This document shows positions 7,823 to 18,200 of a stretch of DNA of 64,000 bases, one piece after another. The stretch is from positions 269,809 through 333,808 of the forward strand of contig JADJQY010000042.1 of NCBI GenBank assembly GCA_016712505.1, written 5' to 3'. The stretch is from Candidatus Eiseniibacteriota bacterium. GTDB taxonomy: Bacteria; Eisenbacteria; RBG-16-71-46; CAIMUX01. Positions within the stretch are counted from its first letter, which is position 1, and the number at the start of each line of letters is the position of its first letter. The position numbers were made by a program, and so were the translations under genes. The notes under the pieces are model-generated. The model was not told the DNA's origin. It did not search any database and saw only the letters and a list, made by a program, of their open reading frames with translations.

Positions 7823-10765
7823 ATGCAGCGTGTTCGTTCCGCCCCCCTGCCCGTCACGTTGGTTGCGGCGGCCGCCTTTGCGGCCCTCTCCGCCGGCGCG
7901 ACGTACGCGGGCACGATTCACCCCAAACTCCAGGAGCAGATGGACCGCGCCTCGGCCGGCGAGCCGATCAGCGTGATCGTCAATCTCCACGCCCAGGCCC
8001 CGATCGCCCAGCTCAACCAGGAGCTGCGCAGCGAGGGCGCGACCCGTCTTGACCGCTCCCGGACCGTGCTGAACGCGCTCCAGGGGATGATGCCGACCCA
8101 GGAGTCACTCGCCCGGCACCTCGATGAGCGGATGCAGAGCGGCGGAGTCTCGGGGTACACCCGCTACTGGATCGCCAACCTGGTGGTCGTGCAGGCAACC
8201 AAGGACGAGATTGCGCGCCTGGCTGTGCGCACCGATGTCAGTGTGATCGAGCCCAACTTCAAGGCCGAACTGATCGAGCCGGTTGGTGGCATGAACATTG
8301 GAAGCGGTTCGAGCAATGAGCTCGGCGATCCGCGGCGCGGAGCCGGCCAGGTCACCCCTGGGGTTCGTGCGATCAACGCGGATGAGGTCTGGTACCAGTA
8401 CGGGATCAATGGTTCCGGTCGGTTGATCGGCAGCCTCGATACCGGCGTCGACGGCAACCATGTCGCGCTGAGTGCCCGCTGGCGCGGAGCCGGCGGCGCG
8501 GAGCCGTGGCAGGAGTGCTGGCTCGACGTTCTGGGCACCAACACCCAGTTCCCCAACGACGGCAACGGGCACGGAACCCACACCACCGGGACGATGGCCG
8601 GCCTCGCCGTCTCCGCCGCCGACACCATCGGTGTGGCCTGGGGCGCGAAGTGGATCTCTTGCAATGCGATCAACCAGGGCGTGAATAGCGGCTTCGACAG
8701 CGACGTGCTCACCGCGCTCCAGTGGTTCATGAACCCGGACGGCAACGTCAACACGGTCGACGATGTTCCGGACGTGGTCCAGAACTCCTGGGGGATCAAC
8801 GAAGGGTTCGGCGGTGGCTACACCGACTGCGACACCCGTTGGTGGGTGGCGATGGACAACTGCGAGGCGGCGGGCGTGTGCCTCACCTGGTCCGCCGGAA
8901 ACGAGGGCCCGGGGGCCCAGAGCCTCCGTTCGCCGGCCGATCGCGCCACCACCCTGCTGAACGCCTTCTCGGTCGGCGCGGTGGATGCGACCAACACGCC
9001 GAATTTCCCCTTCCCGATCGCCAGCTTCTCCAGCCGTGGACCCAGCGGCTGCGCCGTCCCGGCCCTGCAGAAGATCAAGCCGGAGATCTCCGCTCCGGGC
9101 GTCGACGTCTATTCGTCGCTGCCGGGCAACAGCTATGGATTCCTCAGCGGCACCTCCATGGCCGGTCCTCACCTGGCCGGCGTGGTCGCCTTGATCCGTG
9201 AGGCGAACCCGAATCTCGACGTCGATTCGATCAAGCAACTCCTGATCGACACCGCGCGCGACGAGGGCACGGCGGGCGAGGACAATACCTACGGCTGGGG
9301 CCTGGTTGACGCCCTCGCGGCGGTCGAAGGGGCAAGCGTCGGCTTCGGTGACATGGAAGGGTTCGTCACCAACGCCAGCTTCGGCAGCCTGCCGCTGGCC
9401 GGCGCCGAGGTGAAGCTGGTCGAGATCAACCGTCGATTCACCACCGATGGCACCGGGCACTACGCGGGCGCCGCGGCGGCCGGCAGCTACACTGCGGAGG
9501 CCAGCCTGGCCGGGTTCGCCCCCGCGTCCGTGCCGGTGACGCTGGTCGCCGACCAGCTGATCATGCAGGACTTCGCGCTCACCGACATTGCCGGTCCGTC
9601 GATCACCAACGTGACCAACATCGGCAGCACGACCAACGCGGTCGGTCCGTACGTGATCAGCGCCACGATCCAGGACGGGAGCACGGTTTCGAGCGCCGAA
9701 CTCCACTACAAGATCAACGGCGGTGCCGACAACGTGGTCCCGATGCCCCCGAACGTCGGTATCTACTCCGCCTCGATCCCGGGCCAGCCGGCCGGGACCC
9801 GGATCGACTACTACGTCCGCGCGACCGACGGTGCCGGTCTTTCCAGCGTCGCCCCGCTCGGCGCGCCGCTGACGACCTATACGCTCTACATCACCGCGCT
9901 GGAGTACAGCTACACGGTCGAGGATCCGATCGACAACAACTGGGCGCTGCAGGCGAGCGGAGACAACTCCACCACCGGACGCTGGGTTCGCGCTGATCCT
10001 CTGGGCACGATCGACAACGGCAACCAGATCGAGCCGGCGGACGATCACACCCCCAACCCGGGCGTTCTCTGCTTCTTCACCGGACAGGGAACCAGCCCGA
10101 GCGATCCGGGAAACAACGACGTCGACAACGGCTGCACCACGCTGGTGAGCCCCAACTTCGATCTCTCCGACGCGGAGTTCGCGTTCGTCCGCTACTGGCG
10201 CTGGTACGGCATGGGCGGGGCATCGAGCGACGATACGTTCGTCATCGATGTCTCCTCGAACGGCGGCACCACCTGGGTAGCTCTCGAGCGCGTCCCGACC
10301 AGCGAGAACAGCTGGAAGGAGCGGAGCTATCGGATCGACGACTTCGTCGACCTCACCTCCACCGTGCGGTTCCGCTTCCAGGCCTGTGACATCAACACCC
10401 AGGGTCTGACCGAGGCGGCGATCGACGACTTTGCCATCGAGGTGTTCACCTCCAGTGCGACCGACGTGGCCGATGGCGTGCGGACCGAGCGTACGGTGCT
10501 GCTGCCCAACACCCCCAACCCGGCTCGGAGCGTGACCACGCTGAACTTCGTGCTCAGCAACCCGGCCACCGCGTCGCTGGTGATCTTCGATGCGAACGGT
10601 CGTACCGTGCGCACCCTGATCGACGCGCCGCTCTCCTCCGGGCACCATGCGATCAGCTGGGACGGGCTGGACGACCGCGGCCGCGAGGTGGGCGCGGGAG
10701 TCTACTTCTCACGGCTCAAGGCGGGTGAGTTCGAACAGAGCCGCCGCGTCACCCTGGTGAAGTAA
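7823..10765 (+). CDS. Secreted subtilisin-like (S8) serine protease with a C-terminal T9SS-type sorting domain
   Basis: It has a signal peptide and a catalytic triad in D/H/S order (DTGVDGNH, HGTHTTGTMAG, GTSMAGPHLAG). The C-terminus (PNTPNPARSVTTLNF...GVYFSRLKAGEF) matches the por-secretion CTD. Confidence 0.85.
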   Translation: MQRVRSAPLPVTLVAAAAFAALSAGATYAGTIHPKLQEQMDRASAGEPISVIVNLHAQAPIAQLNQELRSEGATRLDRSRTVLNALQGMMPTQESLARHLDERMQSGGVSGYTRYWIANLVVVQATKDEIARLAVRTDVSVIEPNFKAELIEPVGGMNIGSGSSNELGDPRRGAGQVTPGVRAINADEVWYQYGINGSGRLIGSLDTGVDGNHVALSARWRGAGGAEPWQECWLDVLGTNTQFPNDGNGHGTHTTGTMAGLAVSAADTIGVAWGAKWISCNAINQGVNSGFDSDVLTALQWFMNPDGNVNTVDDVPDVVQNSWGINEGFGGGYTDCDTRWWVAMDNCEAAGVCLTWSAGNEGPGAQSLRSPADRATTLLNAFSVGAVDATNTPNFPFPIASFSSRGPSGCAVPALQKIKPEISAPGVDVYSSLPGNSYGFLSGTSMAGPHLAGVVALIREANPNLDVDSIKQLLIDTARDEGTAGEDNTYGWGLVDALAAVEGASVGFGDMEGFVTNASFGSLPLAGAEVKLVEINRRFTTDGTGHYAGAAAAGSYTAEASLAGFAPASVPVTLVADQLIMQDFALTDIAGPSITNVTNIGSTTNAVGPYVISATIQDGSTVSSAELHYKINGGADNVVPMPPNVGIYSASIPGQPAGTRIDYYVRATDGAGLSSVAPLGAPLTTYTLYITALEYSYTVEDPIDNNWALQASGDNSTTGRWVRADPLGTIDNGNQIEPADDHTPNPGVLCFFTGQGTSPSDPGNNDVDNGCTTLVSPNFDLSDAEFAFVRYWRWYGMGGASSDDTFVIDVSSNGGTTWVALERVPTSENSWKERSYRIDDFVDLTSTVRFRFQACDINTQGLTEAAIDDFAIEVFTSSATDVADGVRTERTVLLPNTPNPARSVTTLNFVLSNPATASLVIFDANGRTVRTLIDAPLSSGHHAISWDGLDDRGREVGAGVYFSRLKAGEFEQSRRVTLVK

Positions 10766-10813
10766 GGAACCGCAATCCTCGGGCGGCTCGCGCGACGAAC
10801 CGGGACCACGAGA

Positions 10814-10853
10814 AAGCGCCCCGCCGGTCGATGCCGGCGGGGCGCTTCGTTAT
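10814..10853. terminator. Putative bidirectional intrinsic terminator between convergent genes
   Basis: GC-rich hairpin GCGCCCCGCCGG-tcgatg-CCGGCGGGGCGC (10816..10845), followed by TTCGTTATC. It lies between the stop of the S8 protease (+) and the stop of yceI (-). Confidence 0.55.
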
Positions 10854-10883
10854 CGATTCGGAGGCGGCTCTCCGCGTTTGGAA

Positions 10884-11504
10884 CTAGGCCTTCTTCTTCG
10901 CGACCTCGACGCCGATGTCGATCTTGACATTGTCGCCGAGAACGGTGCCGCCGTTGTCGAGCGCCTTGTTCCACTTCACGCCGAAGTCCTGCCGGTTGAT
11001 CTCGCCGGTGACCGAGAAGCCGCCCGTCTCGCCGCCCCAGGCATTCGGTCCGAAGCCGAGCGACTCGACCATCAGGGTGACCGGCTTGGTCACGTCGCGG
11101 ATGGTGAGGTTGCCCGTGACCTTGAACTTGCCCTCTCCCTCGCCCTTCTCCAGCTTGGTGCTCTTGAAGGTGATGTTCGGGTACTGGGCCGTGTTGAAGA
11201 AGTCGTCGCCCCGCAGGTGCTCATCGCGCTTGTCGTTGTCCGTGTTGATGCTCGCCGCGGGGATGACGAACTCGATGGTCGAGGCGGTCGGGTTCGCGGC
11301 ATCGTACATCAACGTGCCCGAGGACTGGGTGAAGCGGCCGATGACTGGGGCAAAAAAGTGACGGACCTTGAAGGTCACCGAGGTGTGCCCACCGTCGATC
11401 TCCCAGGCTTCAGCGGCCGCGCGGGACGAGGTCGGGACGGCCATCGCGGCCGCGAGGAGCATGGCTCCACCAATCAGGACGGACGAACGGATGTGCTGCT
11501 TCAT
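10884..11504 (-). CDS. yceI: YceI-family periplasmic polyisoprenoid-binding protein
   Basis: The C-terminal ~180 aa show a YceI-like pattern (HTSVTFKVRHFFAPVIGRF, NITFKSTKL, TGNLTIRDVTKPVTL). I trimmed the start to MKQHIRSS (signal peptide), with a GGAGG RBS upstream. Confidence 0.75.
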   Translation of the reverse strand: MKQHIRSSVLIGGAMLLAAAMAVPTSSRAAAEAWEIDGGHTSVTFKVRHFFAPVIGRFTQSSGTLMYDAANPTASTIEFVIPAASINTDNDKRDEHLRGDDFFNTAQYPNITFKSTKLEKGEGEGKFKVTGNLTIRDVTKPVTLMVESLGFGPNAWGGETGGFSVTGEINRQDFGVKWNKALDNGGTVLGDNVKIDIGVEVAKKKA

Positions 11505-11664
11505 CTTCGACTGTGCCTCCTTGTGATTCACGAGCTCCCCGGGTGGAACGGCGGTACGAGGATCGGGGAAATCCACGATCTGGGTCCCGGGATCTTTCGA
11601 CATCGAACTATACCGCTTCGGAAACGCGGAGTTCCGCAGGAATCCATTCTCAGTTGCAGGACAC

Positions 11665-14298
11665 TCACTCCACGGTGGTCTGGGGAACGCCGAGCCCGAA
11701 CAATACTCCCACCGCGGCGTCGAGAACATCCTGGAGGTCGGAGCCGATCGACCGGGCGCCCTCCTTGGCTCCGGCCGATTCCGTAACCTCATGGCGAAGT
11801 TCGAGTAAACGGGCCAGCACCAGGGAAATGATCTCGCCTCCGGTCGCCGGCCCCCCTTCCACCGCGCCCCTTCCAGCGGCGTGGGCGCTCCCGAGCAGGG
11901 AGAGCAGACCGTCGGTATCCCCCGATTTGACCGCCGCTTCGACCAGGCGAAGGGCCCGTCGGGACTGTGGGAGACTGCGGGCCGGGGCCGGGGCCGCCCC
12001 GATCGCCTGCCCGTGGCCGTCGACGGGATAGGGAAGCGACTCCACGATCTTGAGGTCGACCTGGGCCAGCGGGCGCGACACCTCGGGCGAGAAGATCCGA
12101 TAGAGACGCTGCAGCGGAGCGCTTAGCAGCACCCCGAGAAGAATCTGTGGCGGGATCCGGACTTCGTCCCGGCTCCCCAGGATATGGAGGTTGTTGAGGC
12201 AGTAGAACCCCTCGTGGTCGATCGCGGCGATGAGGCGATCCCCGGTCTGCCGCAGGAAGATCTTCGACCCGCGATAGCGCTTGAGATCAAACCCGCTCTT
12301 CCACACTTTGGGTAACTGATCCCGCGTCTCGGGCAGGTAGAGATATCCGCCGCGCCACTGCACGCGATACGGCAGGACTTCCGCGCCGGAGAGAAGAGCC
12401 GGACGCCAGCGCGTACGCGCCTCGGGATCGACCAGCACCTCCCGCCCGCGGGAGTCGTGCAGCCGGAGTTCCGGCAGGGCCTGATCCGCCTGCACCGACT
12501 TCTGGCCGTACCGGGCGATCAACCCGGAGTAGCTCCAGAGTACGTCGCGCAGCCGAAGCGGGCTCTGCAGCATCCGCGTCTGGAACTCAACCTCGTCCTT
12601 CTCCCGGAAGATGCGGAGCGCCCCCGCGCCCGCGCTGTACTGCGCGGCCGGCACCCAGTGATCCAGGCCGACGTAGGGAGCGGTATCGGTGTCGCTCTTC
12701 GCCGCGCGCAGGATCCGGTTCCTGACCAGCGGGGCTACCCCGTCGGCGCCGTCCCTGCGCCGGACCGCGTAGAAGACGGTGAACCCGGTGCTCGCGCCCG
12801 GCCACGGCGACGACTCGAGCAAGGTCAGCTCCAGCAGTTCGCACTGGAGCAGGAGCCGCTCCCGAATGCGAGAGAAGTGGTGGCCGGCGAGCAGCGAATC
12901 CGGAACCAGGAAGCCGTGGTGGCCGCCTGGCCGGGTGATGCGGAGGGCCAACTCGATGAAGAGCGGGTAGAGGTTCAGCTTGTACTGCGCCCCAGCCGGG
13001 AAGAGCCGGTCGTAGTAGGCCCGCTCCTCCTCGCTCGCCCCCTCGCGATCGCGCAAGCCGTGGCTGATCCAGGGCGGGTTTCCCAGCACCACATCGAACC
13101 CTCCCCGCTCGAACACCTCGGCGAATCGCCGTTCCCAGAGGAACGATGGAGAGAAGGCCGAGGACTCGAGCGAGAGCGCGTCCCCCACCTGGATGGTCGT
13201 CCCCAGCAGATACGGATACGACTCCCCCAGGGCGCGGTCGAGCGCGGCACCGAGTTCGGCCAGTCCGTGCTCGAGCAGACCACCGCAGAGTCGTGCAGCC
13301 CAGAGGGAGAGATTGTGGGCCGCGATCCGCGCCGCCCGCGGATCAAGGTCGACCCCGTGGACCCGCGTGAGGCGCGCCAGCCGCGCCCCGAGATCCTGGT
13401 CCCCCCCGTCAGGGGTCGCGTGGGCCGGAGCGCCGTGACACTTCCAACCGGCCAGCCGCTCGGCCGCCGCAAGCAGGAACTGCCCGCTGCCGCAGGCGGG
13501 GTCGCAGACCGCGAGTCCGACGTCAGCGCCACGCGCCGCCAGCGGATCGAGAACGGTGCGCGCGATCTCGCCGATCAGTTCGGGCGGCGTATACATCACG
13601 CCGGCCCCTCGACTCCGCTCGCGATCGAGCCGGAAGGCCGGCCGGCCGCGCGAGGAAAGAACCAGGGCATGCCGCAACCCATGACCATGGATCAGCCCCG
13701 GGAGATCGTCCTCCGGGGTGGCGCGCGACACCAGCGGATGGAGCCGGCGAACGACTTCCTCGAGATCACGCCGGGTCAAATCGAGCGCCGTGGCCAACAC
13801 CCGGACCCGCCCCAACCCAAAGCGGTAGGCCGCCTCCCGATTCGCCGCCGGACGTCCGGCGTCCCAGGGCGTCTCGTCGACCTCGTTCGCCCCGCTCCAC
13901 TCCTCGAGTAGCCGGAGCGAGGGCAGACTTCCGAGCCGCAGTCGCTTACGTCCTTCGGCCAGTGGAGAGACCACCAACCCGGCGAACTCCATCTGCATGA
14001 GCAGGACGAGTTCGAGCGCCAGCGAGTGAAGCCGCTCGTTCGCCTCCTCCATGCGCGGCTCCTCCTCGACGAGGGCGGGGACGGGCCGGCCGGAGTCGAA
14101 GAACTGCAGCTCGAGTTGCGGGGTGTCCGATTCGACGTGGCGTACCGTCGGGCGCTTCCCCCCGCCATGAGGAGCAGGATCCGACGGATCTGTTCCAGCG
14201 TCTGCGCAGTCCGCTTCGCGCTCATCGTGAGATGACCAGACTTCCGGCCAGGAGCCGTGTATTGCCCGGCGCCACGAGTCGGTAGAAGTAGAAACCAC
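11665..14298 (-). CDS. Large gamma-class N6-adenine DNA methyltransferase (Eco57I/TaqI-like, Type IIG/IIL-like architecture), with no neighbouring restriction or defence genes
   Basis: Motif I VCDPACGSGQFLL and motif IV VLGNPPW, plus a ~470-aa C-terminal target-recognition region. The start is ambiguous (14298, overlapping the upstream gene by 76 nt, or an internal M at about 14052). Confidence 0.7.
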   Translation of the reverse strand: MVSTSTDSWRRAIHGSWPEVWSSHDEREADCADAGTDPSDPAPHGGGKRPTVRHVESDTPQLELQFFDSGRPVPALVEEEPRMEEANERLHSLALELVLLMQMEFAGLVVSPLAEGRKRLRLGSLPSLRLLEEWSGANEVDETPWDAGRPAANREAAYRFGLGRVRVLATALDLTRRDLEEVVRRLHPLVSRATPEDDLPGLIHGHGLRHALVLSSRGRPAFRLDRERSRGAGVMYTPPELIGEIARTVLDPLAARGADVGLAVCDPACGSGQFLLAAAERLAGWKCHGAPAHATPDGGDQDLGARLARLTRVHGVDLDPRAARIAAHNLSLWAARLCGGLLEHGLAELGAALDRALGESYPYLLGTTIQVGDALSLESSAFSPSFLWERRFAEVFERGGFDVVLGNPPWISHGLRDREGASEEERAYYDRLFPAGAQYKLNLYPLFIELALRITRPGGHHGFLVPDSLLAGHHFSRIRERLLLQCELLELTLLESSPWPGASTGFTVFYAVRRRDGADGVAPLVRNRILRAAKSDTDTAPYVGLDHWVPAAQYSAGAGALRIFREKDEVEFQTRMLQSPLRLRDVLWSYSGLIARYGQKSVQADQALPELRLHDSRGREVLVDPEARTRWRPALLSGAEVLPYRVQWRGGYLYLPETRDQLPKVWKSGFDLKRYRGSKIFLRQTGDRLIAAIDHEGFYCLNNLHILGSRDEVRIPPQILLGVLLSAPLQRLYRIFSPEVSRPLAQVDLKIVESLPYPVDGHGQAIGAAPAPARSLPQSRRALRLVEAAVKSGDTDGLLSLLGSAHAAGRGAVEGGPATGGEIISLVLARLLELRHEVTESAGAKEGARSIGSDLQDVLDAAVGVLFGLGVPQTTVE

Positions 14299-16447
14299 TC
14301 GGGACCAGAGCGCCGTCGGCGCGACGTCCGTCCCAGGTCATCACCTGCGCCCCCGGGACCCAGTCGAGCCGCGCCACCTCACGCCCGTTGGCCGCGATGA
14401 TCCTTAGATCGGTCCCGGCCGCCCGTGGCGCGACGCCGTCCAGCTCGAAGCGAATCGGAACGCCCCTGGTTCCGGGATTCGGAGCCACCCGCAGCTCGGC
14501 CCGAGCCGCGAGGAACACCGATGCACTCTCGACCACGAACCAGTCTCCCCCCTCGAGTCCCAGCGGGCGGGCGCTCAGTCGATAGCGATACGAGCCCGGG
14601 TGTTCCGGGCGGTCGGTGAGTCGCGTCTCTCCACCCGGCCGGCGCTCCGCCTCGTAGACCAGGACCACACCGTCGCCCGATCGCCGCTCGAGGATGACCT
14701 GCCACTCCAGGTCGAGCGCCAGTTCGAACCAGAGGTCGATCTCCCCGCCGACCGCGGATGCGGCGAGTGCCGGCTGGAGCACCGGGGTGGGATACTGCGG
14801 AGCGACCAGGGTCGATTCGGCGCGCACGATCCAGCGCCCGGCGGGCAGCCCGCTCCCATCGTCCAGGTGCTCGAGTGCGAATGCCCCCAGCTCGTCGGTC
14901 AGGGCGGTGGCCACCGCGCCGCTCGTATCCTCGCGTGCCCAGACCCGCGCGCCGGCAACCGGTGCGCCATCGCCCGCGTCGTGCACCACGCCGGTCAGGC
15001 TCACCGTCCGCTTCGGCTCGAAGTCGACGCGCAGCGCGGAGTCAGGGGGCGTCACCACGACGACGGTCGCTTCTTCCAGGGAGTTGACCTTCGCGTGATA
15101 CTGCCGTCGCAGCGGCCCCTGGGCCAGGAAGAGCACTCGATAGCTCCCCGCGGGGACGCAACGCAGGGTGTACCCCCCCGAGGCCGTGATCTCGCGGCGC
15201 AGTGTGTCTTGCGCGGAGAACGCGATCACCTCGGCCGACGTGACGCCGTCGAAGTTCGCCGTCACCGTTCCGCTGATCCCACCTGCCGTTCCGGGATCAA
15301 GGTTGCACGGAGTCTCGCGGCGCCCGGTGAGATCGATTCCACCGGTTTCGTCCGGTTCGGTCACGCGTACCGCACGTGCTTCGCGCTCGATCGACGCGTC
15401 GGGATAGTACGTGTGGATGGCCGGGACGTGGACGAAGTAGCTGCCGCCGGGGAGGCCGATCAACTCGTAGATTCCGAGACTGTTGGTCGTCGTGGTGTAG
15501 AGCGCCCGGTCGGATACCCGGATGGCGCGGACCAACGCTCCGCCCAGCGGACCGACATTCTCCTCCAACACCTGACCGGTGATCTCTCCGCCACTATCCG
15601 GGGAGAGCAGGACGTTGTCGACCCGCTCTTGATCCGCGAGCGAGATCGTGCGCGCCGACCCGAGCTCCCGCGCGCCCCCGAAGTACTCCGGGATGTACGG
15701 CGTGCCTTCCGTGGCCGCCACCACCTTGTAAAACCCGGCAAAGAGCCCCCCCTGGCTCCAGTTCCCTTGCGCGTCGGTCATCGTGGTCCAGGAGCGCCGT
15801 GAGGTCGACTCCTGCAGGAGGATGCGAACGGGGGTGTTCGGGAGTGGCGCCGTGTCATCGGCGAAGACCGAGCCGCTCAGCACGGCGGACGGTCCGAGCC
15901 GAATCGTGCCGAGATCGATGATCCGTCCATCGGTGAGGGGAAAGCCGAGGGCGTCGCTCGAATCCTGCACCCCAGGATGCCAGGTGGCGAGGAACTCCTG
16001 CCACCGCCCGGCGGGGGCATCGGTCGCGTATCGAACGCGGGCGCGACCCGCCGGGATGCGCGCGAGTCGGAACGCCCCGTCGTGTTCGGTGAGCACCGCT
16101 GCGTGGAAGCGCCCCACCCGAGCCTCCACCACCACCCCGTCGAGCGGGGTCGAAACCCCTTCGACCAGCCCGGTGAGTCGCCCTTTGATCTCGCCGCCCG
16201 CGGGCGAAAGACGGATCACCAACCCCGAGGCCGCCTCCCCGGGGCGCAGCACCGTCCCCACCGCAGCCGCGGAGTCTGCCGTGTCCCCGAGATAGCGTCC
16301 GGGATAGAAGCGGACCGGATCCTCTGCCCGACACTCGACCGGAGCCACACCGATCGCGAGCGCGAGCGATGCGAGAACCCAGCGAAGATGGCGGCGGCAC
16401 GCCGCAAAGGTGTGCGTTCGGGACTGATGATTCATACGCGCAAGCAT
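14222..16447 (-). CDS. Secreted protein with multiple carboxypeptidase-regulatory-like (CarboxypepD_reg/Cna-B-like) domains and a T9SS C-terminal sorting domain
   Basis: Signal peptide, and repeated ~80-aa beta-sandwich-like modules. The C-terminus (LRVAPNPGTRGVPIRFEL...SGFYFYRLVAPG) matches the T9SS CTD. Confidence 0.65.
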   Translation of the reverse strand: MLARMNHQSRTHTFAACRRHLRWVLASLALAIGVAPVECRAEDPVRFYPGRYLGDTADSAAAVGTVLRPGEAASGLVIRLSPAGGEIKGRLTGLVEGVSTPLDGVVVEARVGRFHAAVLTEHDGAFRLARIPAGRARVRYATDAPAGRWQEFLATWHPGVQDSSDALGFPLTDGRIIDLGTIRLGPSAVLSGSVFADDTAPLPNTPVRILLQESTSRRSWTTMTDAQGNWSQGGLFAGFYKVVAATEGTPYIPEYFGGARELGSARTISLADQERVDNVLLSPDSGGEITGQVLEENVGPLGGALVRAIRVSDRALYTTTTNSLGIYELIGLPGGSYFVHVPAIHTYYPDASIEREARAVRVTEPDETGGIDLTGRRETPCNLDPGTAGGISGTVTANFDGVTSAEVIAFSAQDTLRREITASGGYTLRCVPAGSYRVLFLAQGPLRRQYHAKVNSLEEATVVVVTPPDSALRVDFEPKRTVSLTGVVHDAGDGAPVAGARVWAREDTSGAVATALTDELGAFALEHLDDGSGLPAGRWIVRAESTLVAPQYPTPVLQPALAASAVGGEIDLWFELALDLEWQVILERRSGDGVVLVYEAERRPGGETRLTDRPEHPGSYRYRLSARPLGLEGGDWFVVESASVFLAARAELRVAPNPGTRGVPIRFELDGVAPRAAGTDLRIIAANGREVARLDWVPGAQVMTWDGRRADGALVPSGFYFYRLVAPGNTRLLAGSLVISR

Positions 16448-16568
16448 GTTAGCCGCATCGGCGGCTCTGCGCGGAGCGGAAAACGCAGCCCAGAACGTCG
16501 GACGCGGGGCTGAAAGGTGCCCCGGTCGCCCCGAATCAGGGCCGGATCAGACCCGGATCACAGCCGGA

Positions 16569-18200
16569 TCACCGCACGACGGTCAGGCGACGCTCCCCCA
16601 GAACCCGCCCGGCGAGACTCAGCCGGGCCCAGTAGGCCCCGCTCGGCACCAGGCGCCCGCGGTCATCCCGGCCGTCCCACCGGATCGAGAGAGGGCCCCT
16701 GAAATGCTCGCCGGCGAACGGACTCGCCACCCGTCTCCCGTCGTTCGCGTAGATCACCAACTCCACCCCCCCGGTGGCAGGGAGGCTGAGCGCCCACGAC
16801 GTCGAGGTGGCAAATGGGTTCGGCTGATTGGCGGTCAGCCCAGCCGCCGACGGCGGCAGCTCCACCGAGGCGGTCGGCGACCCGCCCTCGATGGCGAAGC
16901 ACTTTCCGCCGATACCGCTGATCATCTGCGTTCCCGCCACCACGTCCGGCACCCCATTCCCGGAGAGGTCGGGCCCCCCGCGCACGGTGAAGACTCTGTT
17001 CCCGGTGGTGTACGACCAGAGGATCGCCCCGGTGACGCCGTCCATTGCGTAGACCTTGGTGTCGAACGATCCACAGCAAACATCGTTCACCCCGTCGCCG
17101 GTCACGTCCTCCAACCGATCGATTGCCCAGACGTCCCCGCCGTTCAAGGTCCCGACCAGGCTTCGCCAGAGCAAGGTCCCGGTCGCCCCGTCGTAGACCC
17201 GCGCCGCGCGGTCAAACGATCCGACGGCGACGTCGTCCACGCCGTCACCGCTCACGTCGTCCAGCCGCACCACCCGCTGGACGCTGGTGCCGACCGCCGC
17301 GTTCCAGATCACCGCACCCGTCGTCCCGCTGTAGCAGTGCACCTGATTGTCCCAGCAGCCCGCGACGACATCCTCCACTCCATCTCCGTTCGCATCCGGG
17401 TGGACGAAGACCGACTGGCACGACCCGGCGGAGCGGCTCCACACCGTCGCGCCGCTCGAACCGCTGACCACCCGGGCGCCCCCGACTGCATCGCCCATCG
17501 CCAGGACCACGTCACGGCGGCCATCCCCGGTCACATCCTCGATCGACTGGAGGTCGTAGAGTGCATCTCCTCCCAGGTGGCGCCAGACGATCGCGCCGGT
17601 GGCGCCATTGGCGCAGTAGGCGCTGTTGTTGTCGCTGCCGAGACAGAACACCACCTCGTTCACGCCGTCACTGTCGAGGTCACTCCCCAGGTCGGCCATC
17701 GCGTAGACCCAGCCGGAGACCGGCGGCGTGGGGGGCGAGTCGGAGTAGCTGTCGAAGCTCCAGAGGGTCGCACCGGTTTGCCCATCGAGGGTGAACGCCG
17801 TGCGGCTCCCCCAGGCGGCGCCGTAGAGCAGATCGGCGCTCCCGTCACCGTTCGCGTCGGGTCCCAGCCGCAAACAGGCATCTCCGTAGCCGCCGCTGTT
17901 GCTCGGGCCTCCGAGCGGCCGCGCCGACCAGATCAGCGTCCCGCTGCCGCTCGACCCTCCGCTCACGCAGAAGAGATGATCGACGCCACTCGGTCCGGCG
18001 TCGTACGAATCGAGCGCCACCTCGGCCACGCCATCCCCATCCACATCCGGGGTCACCACGACGCAGACCACGTTCTCGACCCCCTGAAAGGACCAGATCA
18101 GCCCCTGGGCGGACGCCCCGCTCCCCGCCCCCGCGCCGGCCACTGCCGTGAGCGCGCCGAACCCCGCCACGAATCTCGAAACCCAGCTCGATCGGGACAT
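16569..18200 (-). CDS. Secreted beta-propeller (PQQ/FG-GAP-like repeat) protein with a T9SS C-terminal sorting domain
   Basis: Repeated DxDGDGxxDVxxG... blades (VTGDGRRDVV, VSGDGVDDVAVG, VTGDGVNDVCCG). The C-terminus (ANQPNPFATSTSWAL...SGAYWARLSLAG) matches the T9SS CTD. Confidence 0.7.
   Translation of the reverse strand: MSRSSWVSRFVAGFGALTAVAGAGAGSGASAQGLIWSFQGVENVVCVVVTPDVDGDGVAEVALDSYDAGPSGVDHLFCVSGGSSGSGTLIWSARPLGGPSNSGGYGDACLRLGPDANGDGSADLLYGAAWGSRTAFTLDGQTGATLWSFDSYSDSPPTPPVSGWVYAMADLGSDLDSDGVNEVVFCLGSDNNSAYCANGATGAIVWRHLGGDALYDLQSIEDVTGDGRRDVVLAMGDAVGGARVVSGSSGATVWSRSAGSCQSVFVHPDANGDGVEDVVAGCWDNQVHCYSGTTGAVIWNAAVGTSVQRVVRLDDVSGDGVDDVAVGSFDRAARVYDGATGTLLWRSLVGTLNGGDVWAIDRLEDVTGDGVNDVCCGSFDTKVYAMDGVTGAILWSYTTGNRVFTVRGGPDLSGNGVPDVVAGTQMISGIGGKCFAIEGGSPTASVELPPSAAGLTANQPNPFATSTSWALSLPATGGVELVIYANDGRRVASPFAGEHFRGPLSIRWDGRDDRGRLVPSGAYWARLSLAGRVLGERRLTVVR

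Noticed and set aside
11665-14298. Interpreting the N6-adenine methyltransferase as part of a BREX/DISARM/R-M system
   Set aside because: No PglZ, BrxC, helicase, restriction endonuclease or specificity-subunit genes are present on either side within the window. I kept it as an orphan or Type IIG-like candidate only.
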